A stretch of DNA of 63,457 nt, counting the filler, from Saprolegnia diclina VS20 (taxonomy: Eukaryota), in assembly GCF_000281045.1 (NCBI RefSeq). It is 9 parts of 3 records of this genome, joined end to end, with 100 filler letters (N's around TTAATTAATTAA, not from the genome) between each part and the next. Parts side by side here need not be neighbours in the genome. Positions count along the whole stretch, not along the records: positions 1 to 15,554 come from NW_008246076.1; 8 more parts are not named here. One strand, 5' to 3'. The notes under the pieces were generated by a model. That model had not been told where the DNA came from. It made no database searches and saw nothing but the letters and a program-made list of their open reading frames with translations. This document shows positions 1-10,975 of this stretch, piece after piece (positions within the stretch are counted from its first letter, which is position 1; each line of letters begins with the position of its first letter). The translations under genes and the position numbers were made by a program.

Positions 1-788
1 ATGCCATTTCTCGCCTCCAACAAAGCTCCAACATTGGAGCAGCCCCAGTCTTATCCCTCGTAAACCCGACCACTCTCTCTCCGATATCTAAGACTCGATC
101 TGGAGCTCGACATTGGGGTGTACAAAATCATCGGTGCCACCATTTCACATATTGTGTCATTGCTCTGTTTTTATGCGGTCAAAATCGGCGCTAACGCCTA
201 GACGAAACGTGCTCAACCTGCTGCATGCGTTTCGGCAAAATCACCTCCTCGGCAGCCGGTGAATTTTTCAAATGTACATCTTTCGTGTTTGGCAGCATCG
301 ATCTAACTTGATGAGCCGACACGCCGTTTCTCGCCTCCAACATAGCTCCAAGATTGGAGCAGCCCAAGTCCGACACCTTGTGGACCAGATCACTCTCTCT
401 CAGATCGAAGACTCGATCTGGAGCTCGACATTGGGGTGTGCAAAATCATCGGTACCACCATCATCACCTCTGCACACATAGTGTCATTGCTAAAATTTGG
501 CCAATTCCTGGAATTCTAGGCCCGCCTAGACGAAACGTGCTCAACCTGCTGCATGCGTTTCGGCAAAATCACCTCCTCGGTAGCCGTTCTATTTTTCAAA
601 ATGTACATATTTCGTGTTTGGCAGCATCCATGTCTCAGGATGAGCCGACATGCCATTTCTCGCCCCCAACAAAGCTCCGACATTAAAGCAGCCCCAGTCT
701 TATACCTCGTAAACCCGACCACTCTCTCAGATATCTAAGACTCGATCTGGAGCTCGACATTGGGGCGCACAAAGTCCTCGGTGCCACC
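1..788. repeat. Tandem repeat, ~320-330 bp unit (about 2.4 copies visible, cut by window start)
   Basis: Block GCC(A/G)TTTCTCGCC..CAAC...AAGACTCGATCTGGAGCTCGACATTGGGG recurs at ~1, ~321 and ~650; CGCCTAGACGAAACGTGCTCAACCTGCTGCATGCGTTTCGGCAAAATCACCTCCTCGG recurs at ~196 and ~523. Confidence 0.9.
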
Positions 789-1380
789 TTTTGTACTAGC
801 CCCCGCGGTGCAGACACAAACAACAGCGAGGGGAGAGCCGTCTCGCGTGAAGCAAGCAGTTGTATTGGGCTTACACCACAGAGGCAAAAGATGAGGTGAG
901 CTACAGTGCACGCCACCTGCACCCTACCAGCTAAATGGGGTCCAAAACTTTTGTATCCCAGCCATGAACACATACTAGTAATGTTTTAGGAAAATGACGT
1001 TATAGATCGACTGTTTAGTCCAAGGGGAAGCGATGTATAAGATTGGATTGCAATAAATCGAAAAACTGAGCAAGTTATCGGCGTTCAAAGTTCTACAACA
1101 CTACGAGGTATTGCGGGGGAGCCAAATTGCTACGAAACAGTACCATCGCTCGATTGTTTTTCATCGCTTTTACTATTTTATTATTTTTATTACACCTTTT
1201 TATCTATTTTATTAAAACTATATTCTGGCTTATGCTAGTTTTAGTATGTGAAGGATCCGGATAAGGCCCGAGCCGAAATTGTTACAAAAATTGCGATTTG
1301 GTAGCCTACAGACGGCGTGCACTGTACAAAGTGTGGAAAGACGAGGAGGCGTTGGTGAAAGGGTATTTGAAAAAGTTGTT

Positions 1381-1569
1381 GGTAGGCTTCTCAAGGGAGG
1401 AGTGCTAAGCCCTCGGAAACCAGTCCAATAGTCAGTGGCAAGCCAACTGGACTATCGGAGTTTGTAAAAATGAATGTGAAAAAAAACCACACCGAAGTGT
1501 GGAAATCAGTTTTCACACTGATTAGAACAGATACTACACTTGATCTTAGCCAAAAGGCCGAGAAGGTAT
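1381..1569 (-). ncRNA. U2: U2 spliceosomal snRNA (gene or variant copy)
   Basis: Minus strand begins ATACCTTCTCGGCCTTTTGGCTAAGATCAAGTGTAGTATCTGTTCT, the conserved U2 5' end with branch-point recognition GTGTAGTA. Stem IIa ATCAGT/ACTGAT, stem IIb CCACAC-TTCG-GTGTGG, Sm-like ATTTTTA. 3' end approximate. Confidence 0.93.
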
Positions 1570-2083
1570 GATTTCCAATAATGAACCGCCATGCTGGATA
1601 CCTAGGTCGTGTGTGTGCTTTGGGTACCGCTTGGAAGATGACATTGTCGCTAAATGCTTCTAGATTCCGCCGCCGATGGTTGCGCATGGATCCAAGATCC
1701 TGCGTCACGTCCCCTTGGTCTCTCGACAACTGTCCAACGCTGCTCCAAGGCACTCTGTGCTATTGTGTTGAAGTATCGTGTTGAAGTCTTTTGCAGGGCA
1801 GCTTCGAATTGGTCTGACCCTTGCAGAATTTTCTACGTCGGATATGGTGACGGTTACATGACGTGGCGCTCTCTCGTGCGAAGCGTGGCACCTTTCACTT
1901 GGATAGATAGATAGACATCACAATACTGAGCCAAGTTGATGGCCACACGATCCGACTGCTAGGCATTCGAATCGCCGAGGCTATCGTGTGATTTTGAAAG
2001 AGCTGGTACAACCACGATGACAAAATGCAACCAGAGTCAAGTTGATACCAGTCGATTATCCTAGACACCTCGCGTTCTCTTAC

Positions 2084-2812
2084 CTAGGCGCGGACGCGGG
2101 CTTCCCAGCACGTGGCGTAGACGTCCTTGACCGAGTTGAAGTTCCATTGCCACTGGAACGAGTACACGCCGGGCGCAATGTCTTTTTCGAGGTTGAAGCA
2201 GAGACTGCAGAGCGCGCGGCCTTGGTCGCGAATCCCGCCCTTTTCGTCGCAAAACTTGGGGCAGTGCTGGAACCCCTTGTAGTCGATGACACCTTCTTGG
2301 TGCGCCCCGTTGAGGTGCTGGTACTCGATCGGCCACTCGTGGAGCGCGGGGTCGGACGCATTCGCGGACGTCGTCCGGAAGATGCGGACGCCCGTGTCTG
2401 GAATGTACGCGTTCGTGCACGCCGCCGCAACGTGGTTCTTGGCCGGGTACGCGACGCACACCTTTTGCCCCGGCGCATACGTGGCCATCGGCGCCGTCTC
2501 CGTGTAGGCGCCGGCAGATTCCTTGGCACACTGGCACGACTTGTGCTGCAGCAGCGGTCGAAAGTCCAAGCCCGTGTCAACACCAAAGCCTTGCGCCTTC
2601 TGGCGACTGCCGCAACGCGCGTAGCCGGTGCAGGCCGCCGGGTTCCAAAACTCTTGGTTGGCGGTCGTCGATGCGTCATAGTCGGTGCACTCTAGTCATT
2701 TCATACAAATAATTGTTGGCAATCGTGTTGGTAAGAAGAGATACGTACCGAGCCACGAGTGCGCCGTCGCGGTCGCAGCGAACAGGCTCAAAAGCGCAGT
2801 GGATGTCAACAT
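2084..2812 (-). CDS. Secreted AA17-family lytic polysaccharide monooxygenase (2 exons; intron 2692-2748)
   Basis: Spliced translation MLTSTALLSLFAATATA|HSWLECTDY...PAKNHVA...FQWQWNF...YATCW: signal peptide followed by N-terminal His, second His in KNH, C-terminal Tyr. GT-AG intron restores frame with ORF 2084..2569. Confidence 0.85.
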
Positions 2813-2933
2813 GCTGCAAGGTCGTCGAGGCAAAAGCGAAATTGCAAAGTGAGCGCTCTCTACATACAAGTACGGCTACGACGCTGGGCATCGGAACCAC
2901 CATATCGTGTGACGATTGGCCGTTTCAACCATC

Positions 2934-5235
2934 ATGAACGACCCCGTGGCAGCGGCGAGTGCGACGCTGGCCGGCCAATGGCGTGCAGATGCGGCTTCGA
3001 CACCGATCGACCGACGCCACCGGCTTCTCGATGCGGTCGCGGACAAATGGTCGCACGGCCGCCGGGCGCCGACAGAGAACGCACTCGCATACGACCCGCA
3101 ATACTGCAACGCGTTCATTCAAGACGCGATCGCCGTCGTGTATCACTCGGCGCGGTGGACACACGGCGCCAAGACAACGACCAAGACGACGACGACTCTG
3201 TCGCCACCGAAAACCACCGTGAGCAACAACCGTCCGACGTCCGCGACCAGCGTTCGACGAAGGACGCTGGTGGACAACCCGATCAAGAACCCGATCGATG
3301 TTGCCACGATGGTGTACCGCGCACCCATGTTCCAGGCGCCCCATTTACAGGCGCTCGAAGCCGAGACATATTCGCTGCTTGACGCGACCGACGTTCGGTA
3401 CAAGCATCGACTCCCGCGCGGACCAGGGCTCAGCGCCGCCCGCCTCCACAGCGCGACCTCTCGCCGCGTATACTCTGAAATGGCTCGTCCAACAGCTCAT
3501 ATGGTGCGACTAGCAACGCCCCCAGAGCGCAGGTATCACTCGGCCACGACCCAAAGACGCACCAAAGCGAGCGAGTTGTCGACGTCTCGAGCAGGCGTGT
3601 CGCGTCATCTACACATTTGTGTGCAAACACTATTTGCTGCGAAAGCTGCAACGCATTTCGAAACTCGAAGGTACACAAGAAATCTGGTTTCTGGTTTTCT
3701 GGTTTCTGGTTTCTGATGCATCGATATGACCAGACCGTCGACACGCCGCTGCCCGGCGACTCCAAGTCTGGTATCGACGACGACGCCAGCACAGCAATCG
3801 CAACAAGTCACCGACCCGAACCAGATTACGCGCCAAAAAACCCAAGCTACGCCGGCGTCACCCCCCGCCACCCGAGCCCGTCCGGCAACGACAAAAGACT
3901 GGTCAGCGCGCGCCCCGCGACATTGAAGCCGAAGCCATCAACACGTACCTCCTCGCACGCCTTCTCGCGCGCCCCGGCGACCCAAGACAAAAGAAGAAGC
4001 CACCGCGAAAGCCTCGACCCCTGTGTCGCTTTCGACACCCGAGCCGGTACCTTGCGGCTTTGATCATGTCGTCGGTCGACATTGTGACGGTGCTCATGCG
4101 GTGCGCACCCCGGGTCGCGATCCCCGCCTACGTTCTCTCTGCTCGTACCGCACTCGCAGTACCCTCAGCTGTCGATGACACCACGGCGTCAACACCCATC
4201 CTGAACCCGTCGTCGCCCGATGACCAGCCAGTGTCCGTGGCGCCAGCCCACCGCGTGTTTGCGACGGCCGACCGACTGCAGCTAATGCTCTTCCGCGAAA
4301 AGTCCCAAGCGACGCTGCAGCAGTGTCTCGACATTCTCGCCGACGATGCATCCGAAAGCACTGCCTCGGACGTGCGCGATGCGGCCGAGAGTCCACCGAA
4401 CGACGACGACGACGACAGCACACCGCGCCTCCCGGTGCTCTTACGACGCAACTCGTCGCTTCCGTGTCTCGCGATGCAGTGCAACATTGCTGACGCGGCC
4501 GCATCGACGATCCAACGGGCCTATGGACAATATTGTCGCCGACAGACGCAGACGTTGGCGGCGGAACGCATTCAACGCCAATATCGAGTCCACGTTGTCC
4601 GCGCTGATATTCGACTGGGTCTCAAAACACTCCGGGCGCAGCACCGACGCACGACTCGGAAGCGCGCGGCTTCGCTTCGACCACAAAAGACACGCGGGTG
4701 GTCGACACTCTACCTCGTGCTCCGCCTCCAGCAGATTCTGCACCGACGCGTCGCCAAGTGGCGCCAGTCGCAGCGTGCGCCGTCGACGAAAGTTGAAGGT
4801 GCGAGTATGACTGCCGTCATGTCCATCCAGCGGTGGTATCGGCACTGGAAAGTGGCGCCGACGACTATTGCGGTGGACGATCCGCCGCCACCCGTGAGTG
4901 GAGTCGACGACCGTGACGACGATTTGGTTGATGACTATGCGATCGCGATAACCCCGCTGGCCGCGTCACCGGTGCGGCTACCCAACGACGACGCTGCGAA
5001 TTGGGCGACGGCGATCGACGCCGACGGCAATGCCTACTACTTTAACACAATGACGCGCGAAACGACGTGGGACCCACCGCGTGGGTGGCAGCCGCCGACG
5101 TGGGATACGTGCGTCGACACCAACGGCACTGTCTACTATTATAACCGGACGACCAACGAGTCAGTGTGGGAGCTTCCGTCGACGCACTCTGTGCAAGGCT
5201 GCATACCTACCAACACGAACGCCGTCGACACGTGA
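2934..5235 (+). CDS. IQ-motif and tandem WW-domain protein (5' exon structure uncertain; may be two genes)
   Basis: ORF 4060..5235 has IQ motifs (AASTIQRAYGQY, AAERIQRQYRVH, AVMSIQRWYRHW) and two WW domains (W..AIDADGNAYYFNTMTRETTWDPP; WDTCVDTNGTVYYYNRTTNESVWELP). Upstream ORFs 2934-3716 and 3617-4063 look coding. Confidence 0.65.
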
Positions 5236-6133
5236 CGGGGTCAACACTCTGCACGTCCTCCAACTAGACTTACTCTTCAATGCCAATTCGACTAGTTTTG
5301 TGGCGGGAATGGAACTCGCACTGCTTGGACGTACTCGCTTCCAGCTTTCAACGAGAGCAATAAGATCTGGTCTACAGCAAGCTGCTTCCACGACGTCTCC
5401 GTACCTGCGGTTCACGACGATGACGCTGCGTTGACTGCGTCGACCTGCCATGCCGCCAGTGCAAGCTTTCTGCGGCACCGCTGGCAGACGATCGCTTGAC
5501 GTGATGAAGGCGCAGTGTTGCAGGTTGAGGGCGGCGAGCTCTTGGCGCAAGTTGCTTGGCTCCCAGCGTGGCACCCAGAACGGCACCAGGTGTTTTAGTC
5601 ACCCACCCGACGACCGACCTGACGGCGTGGGTGCACGAAGCAAATGTGACGACCGAGCACTATCGTACTAGTACGCCAGCTAGTCTACTACGCAAAGCCT
5701 CTCTTCATGTCTAGTCGACACGCTTGCGACTGCAAGTGGTTTGGTGCAGCCACAACCAGATCAATGGCCTTGGCACCGCCCACCAACCAATCTCCTGCAT
5801 CCATGTGACGCGGCAGCTGTCGACGTCATGGTCTGCCACTCGATTTCAGGACGCTTCTGCAGTCGGATCAACGGACGCAACAACGACGGTCCGCCGTACC
5901 ACGGGAATCTTCAACCGGCCGCGTGTGGCGCCAAGGGCAAGTTCAACGTGGCGTGTCGCATATACATTCCACCAATCCAACGCGTCCAGCACACTGTGCT
6001 CGCTCGTGATTGGTTGGCGCACAAGATTTGCCGGTCCCGATTGCGTCATCATGTATCCGGAAAAAGCTTCTGGTGGCCAATGCCACGCGATCTTTGCTCT
6101 TTGCACTTAGCGCTCACAAGTAGATTGCCGACG

Positions 6134-7125
6134 ATGGCCAAGCTGCAGCTCCAAGGCGCCTTCACCGCGCTCGTGACGCCCTTCACTGCCGACGGTGCCC
6201 ACGTCGACTACGACGCCCTCCGCCGCATCGTCGAGGCGCAGATCGCCCAAGGAATCAACGGCCTCGTGCCCATGGGGACGACCGGCGAGTGCCCGACCGT
6301 CTCGCACGACGAGCACGACAAAGTCGTTGCGGCCGTCGTCGAGTACGCGGCAGGTCGCGTCCCAGTCATTGCGGGCACGGGCTCCAACAGCACGGTCGAG
6401 GCCGTGCGCTTGACCAAAGCGGCGAAAGCGGCGGGCGCGACCGCCTGTCTCGTCGTCAACCCGTACTACAACAAGCCGTCGCAGAAGGGGCTCTACGAGC
6501 ACTTCAAGGTCATCCAGGACATTGGTCTGCCCGTCGTGCTGTACAACATTCCGGGACGGACCAACATCAACATGCTGCCCGAGACCGTCGCCGAGCTGTA
6601 CAAGCTGCCGCACATTGTGGCCATCAAGGAAGCCACCGGATCGCTCGAGCAAGCGTCCGAGATCGCCGCGCTCTGCGACATTACGATCCTCTCGGGCGAC
6701 GACACGCTGACGCTGCCCATCATGTCGATCGGCGGGAAAGGCTGCATTAGCGTCCTCTCCAACATTGGTACGTCGCCGTACGAGGCTCTCCGCATCTGAT
6801 GAACGCTGTAGCACCGCGCCGCGTCTTGGACGTGACCGAACCCGCGCTCCGTGGCGACTATGTGGCCGCGCGCCGGGCGCATCTCTCGTCGGTACGTCGA
6901 CGATTGGCGCTGGTCGCAAGTTTGTGGGCTCATGATGCTGGTGTGGTGTAGATTCGGCTGTGCAAGACCATGTTCATCGAGACCAACCCGCAGCCGATCA
7001 AGAAGGCCATGCAGCTGCTTGGCATGTGCTCGCCGGCGTGCCGCCTTCCGCTCGTCGAGTGCTCGGACGAATCGGCGGCCATTATCCGCACGGAACTCGT
7101 CGCCCATGGCCTGCTTCAAGGGTAA
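6134..7125 (+). CDS. dapA: 4-hydroxy-tetrahydrodipicolinate synthase (DHDPS), 3 exons
   Basis: MAKLQLQGAFTALVTPF, GTTGE, PYYNKP, LYNIPGRT, IKEATG, LSGDD, ETNPQPIKKAM. Introns ~6768-6811 and ~6892-6951; TAA at 7123-7125. Confidence 0.95.
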
Positions 7126-7188
7126 ACACGTAATCATGTTGTACTCGCATAGTATCGATGGAGATCCCTTCTTCCCGTCGACGTATCC

Positions 7189-10100
7189 TCACAGGGAGGA
7201 CTTTGGCACCATGCGATCTTGGGCGCGAAGCAACTGCGTGAGTTCCTATTCACACGGTGCTGCATCGCTCCATACCGAGATCGCACGGACCTTGATCTTG
7301 GATGCATCGTCTGTGTAGTATTGCTCGAGTGTCGTCGCGAGCGCCAAGAGGTCGGGTGGTGCATCGCAGGACGGTACGTTCAAGACGGTATCAAAAAGGA
7401 CACTCCAGAGATCCGATCGCCAGTAGCGCTTCCACTGCCGCTTGATGCGCCACGTCGACGACGACGTGGTGTGGAGCTCGATGTAGTCGCCAAAGAGCAG
7501 AAAGTGGGCTGTGGCGATGACACCAAACGCGTCGACTTGGTGGCGCCACGGCCGCTTTGTGAGCATCTCGACGCACTGGAAGCCTTTGGCGTGGCAGTCG
7601 CCCTTGAAGCACGTGCCTTTTGGATACAGGTGCAGATCGATCGACCGGCCAAAGTCGATGAGGCTCAGCTCCGACGTCTCGAACGCCGCCGCGCCGGTCG
7701 AGAGCGCACTGCCGCGAAGGAGCACCCAGTTGTCGGGCTTGATGTCGCCGTGCAGAAAGTGCGCGGCATGCACCATGTGGATCGACCGGAGCATTTGGAG
7801 CGTGTAAAACATGGCGAGGTTCTCGGGCACCGCCTTGCCGTGCTACGCAACACCCCTCGTCTCAAGGCCACACGAGGTATCGGATAGATATGCTACCTTG
7901 GCGTACGTGTTGACGAGGTCGTGGAGTGTGCCCCGGTAGCTGCGCTCGAGGCACAAGAACGTTGCGTTCTGCCTCGGACAAGACATCAACATTGTCCGAG
8001 CCATCGTGACCGGAAGAAGCACCTGGTACACGTGCAACTGGTCGACTTGGATCACAAACGGATGCAATCGGGGAAAGAGCGCCCAGCGCGACGGTTTAGT
8101 GCGGTTGTGGATCGTCTGGATCGCGTAGAACTCCCACGGGAGAAACTCGACCCCTTTTTCATGCTGTACATTGCGTCAGTCGTCAGTACGAGGCTGGTAT
8201 CGGGCCACCTTCATGGCGACCTCGTGGTCCATGAGCTCCGTGTCTTCGATGGACGGAAACGTCGCAGCGTAGACCGACGCGAACGAGCCCGAGCCGAGGC
8301 GGCCCGTCAGATGGCACACCATAAAGTGGTTGAAGCGCACAGCAATCGGTGCTTTGAACTTGATCGGTCCCTTTTGCTTGAAAATGGGTAGCTTGGCGTC
8401 AAAGACGTGCTTGTACACGTAGACACCGGTGCCCAACGAGCACAGGAGCGTCGCGAGCGTCTGGGACTGCACCATCTCTTTTCGATGCTTGGTCACATAC
8501 GGGTCGACGAGGCGCCCCTCGCTACAGGGACATGGCGTCAAGCACCAAGAAGATTGGGCGTGGACATGGAGCGATCGATCATGGGTTCATTCGTGTTGAA
8601 GACCAATACAAATACATATAAATACGAAGCTACCTCAACTTGGTGGGGGCAAGCAGGTCCAAGTGGTCGGTGCCCCCGCTACTCGTACGGCCGACGCGCC
8701 TGGCGTAAAACACAATGAGCCTCTACCGGTCGCCCAACGTCGTGGGCAAAAGACTGAACCCGAGCACGTCCTTGTTGGTCTTCTTTGTCGACTTGGCAAT
8801 GTCGTTGCGATCGCCAAGCGCCTTGCGGTTTGGGTCCTTCTTGTGCGGCACGACCGGCCCCGACTTGTCATTTTCTTCTGTAAAGATGAGGAACGCCGGG
8901 TTGGCGTCGACAGCTGGCGTGCTCTCATCGTCATCCTCGTCGTCGTCATCGTTGCGGCCGTGGGGCTTGGCCTTGAACGCCGAAAAGTGCAATTTGCGCA
9001 CGATCGGTTCTTCGGTTTTCGGGACCCAGTTGGACTTGCGGAACGACGTCAACTGCTCTTTCGTCGGCGACGCGACCACCGGGACAGCTTTAGTTGGGCT
9101 GCAAAACATGCTGCCAATGTCTTCGTACGCCATGCGCGTGTTGAACGTCATGTCGTCTTGCGTGTACTTGGCGTCGTCTGCGATCGCTGCGAGGGGATGC
9201 AAGGCGCCGGTCACGGCCAAGACACCGCCGGGCGCCACGGTCGGACGTACAGTCGGCTGCCACTTTTGCGGCGCGGGGGCTTGTTGGACAACTTCGTCAT
9301 CTGTATCGTCGACGAGGAACCCGTTGCGCACAGGTTTGTTCGTCGGCACCGGCGCCACCGGGGCCTGGACCGCTACAGCCGCCTGTGCCTTGGCAGCCTT
9401 CGCCTTCCAGTATCGCTGGGCGCGCACTTCCTCAAAGCAGAGATCGTCCTGCCCAGGCACCTTGAGCATTTCCATGTTGACGCGAAGAATGTCGCGCTTG
9501 GTCGCGGGCTTGGTCGTCTTGCGGGCCGAGGGATCTGGCTTGGTCGACACCGTGGGTTGCGTCGGGTTTTCATCGTTGGACGGAAGCACCGCGGGCGTCA
9601 TCGACCGTTCGTCGAGCCGCGGACGCAGTGCGCGGCCCGTGTCGTGGCCTGCATGCGGTCGCTTGCGACTCGACGTGCGCGTCGCAGCACTCTCGTCGAC
9701 AAAAATCTCGACAGGCGGCGCTGTCGGCTCGTCGTACACCGTCGACAACGCATGTCCTGCCCGTGGCGCGAGGCCCGCGCCCGCCCAAATTGACGGCTTT
9801 TGTTCGTTCTCCTTGTTGACCACCTTGGCCGATGGCAGCACCTTCCATGCACTGCTCTTGTTCTCCGAGAGTACGCTGCTGTTGGCGTGGGCCTTGTCGT
9901 TCTCCGAGTAAATGGCAAACGACGACGCGTTGGCCGCAACAGAGGACGGGGTTTGGCGACGGGGCACCACGGGGACGACGATGGTTGGTGCCGCCGTCGG
10001 GGCCAGCGCTTGGCGGCCCCGCGGCGCGTCGTCCTCGTCTTCTTCGCGCAACGTTGCAGCGCTCAGCCACTTTTGGCTCACCCGCCGTTCAAATTCACTG

Positions 10101-10803
10101 TGCTTGCGCTCGAGCGCGTCAAACGGCTCGGCTTTTCTACACACCAAAGAGGTGAGAGGTCCCGTAGCGACCAGTGCGATATCATGTACTTTTGGAGGCC
10201 CTTGGCGTAAATGAGCTCGGCGTTCTTGACGTCGCCCTTGCGCTCGAGGAGGAGCGCCCACGCAATGTAGAAGAGCGCGAGCTTGTCGCCAATCTTGTTC
10301 TTGTAGAGGTACTTGAAGACCTCGATGGGCTTGTCGACCCGGTCAATCTACGCCATATGAGCCTTCCTCTCGCACTTCAGATGCATCGTCCTCGTACATA
10401 TTGGATCCAGAACCGAAGGTACCGGTCGTCGTTGCGGTAGCGACGATCGGCCGTGAACGCGCGCGTCGCGCGCTCGAGGATCGTAAAGTTCTTGGCTGTA
10501 TCGGACGGGAAGTTCTCCTCGGTCCACTTCTGGTACGCGACCCATGTCTCGAGCGGGTCCTCGTGGCTCATGGCGTTCTTGATCTTGACTTCATAGGACC
10601 TAGCATGATGCACATGGATCGAACCGTCGTCGTCGGCGCTCCGTGACGTACCGCTCCATCTCGGCCAGCGACGCCTTGAGCTCGACCGAGTTGGCCTTGA
10701 CGAGGAGCGCGTTGAGCTTCTCGACGTTCCTTCCCCGCGCGACCGGGGCTACGTTCTCCTTGCAGAGCTCCCATGCGAACGATGCATCTCCTCGGCCTGC
10801 CAT
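7189..10803 (-). CDS. BUB1: Spindle-checkpoint kinase BUB1/MAD3-like (multi-exon)
   Basis: N-terminal WELCKENVAP (KEN box), TPR region DPLETWVAYQKW...YRNDDRYLRFWIQY, GLEBS-like DLCFEEVRA, kinase motifs GSGSFASVY, HGDIKPDNW, LIDFGRSID. Last-exon stop inferred at 7189. Confidence 0.9.
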
Positions 10804-10975
10804 GCTTCCGATCGCTGCCACGAACTCGACTGAGCATGAAATTCAAAAATCCAAATGTTGTTATCCGGATGATCCGGATACACACAACGTGGCAGATGCC
10901 ACATTCCATTCTGACCAATCACATGCCATTTTTTTGTGCGATTTTACCCAATGGCCGGTGGCGTATTCGTGGCGC

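Noticed and set aside
3683..3714. Four TCTGGTTT-like units as a telomeric repeat
   Set aside because: Does not match TTTAGGG/TTAGGG; short slippage repeat, probably intronic.
5741..6133. 131-aa N-terminal extension of DHDPS in the ORF track
   Set aside because: Starts at a non-ATG codon and covers promoter-like DNA; homology begins at ATG 6134. The same applies to the extensions on METE, AFG2 and the 10643 ORF.
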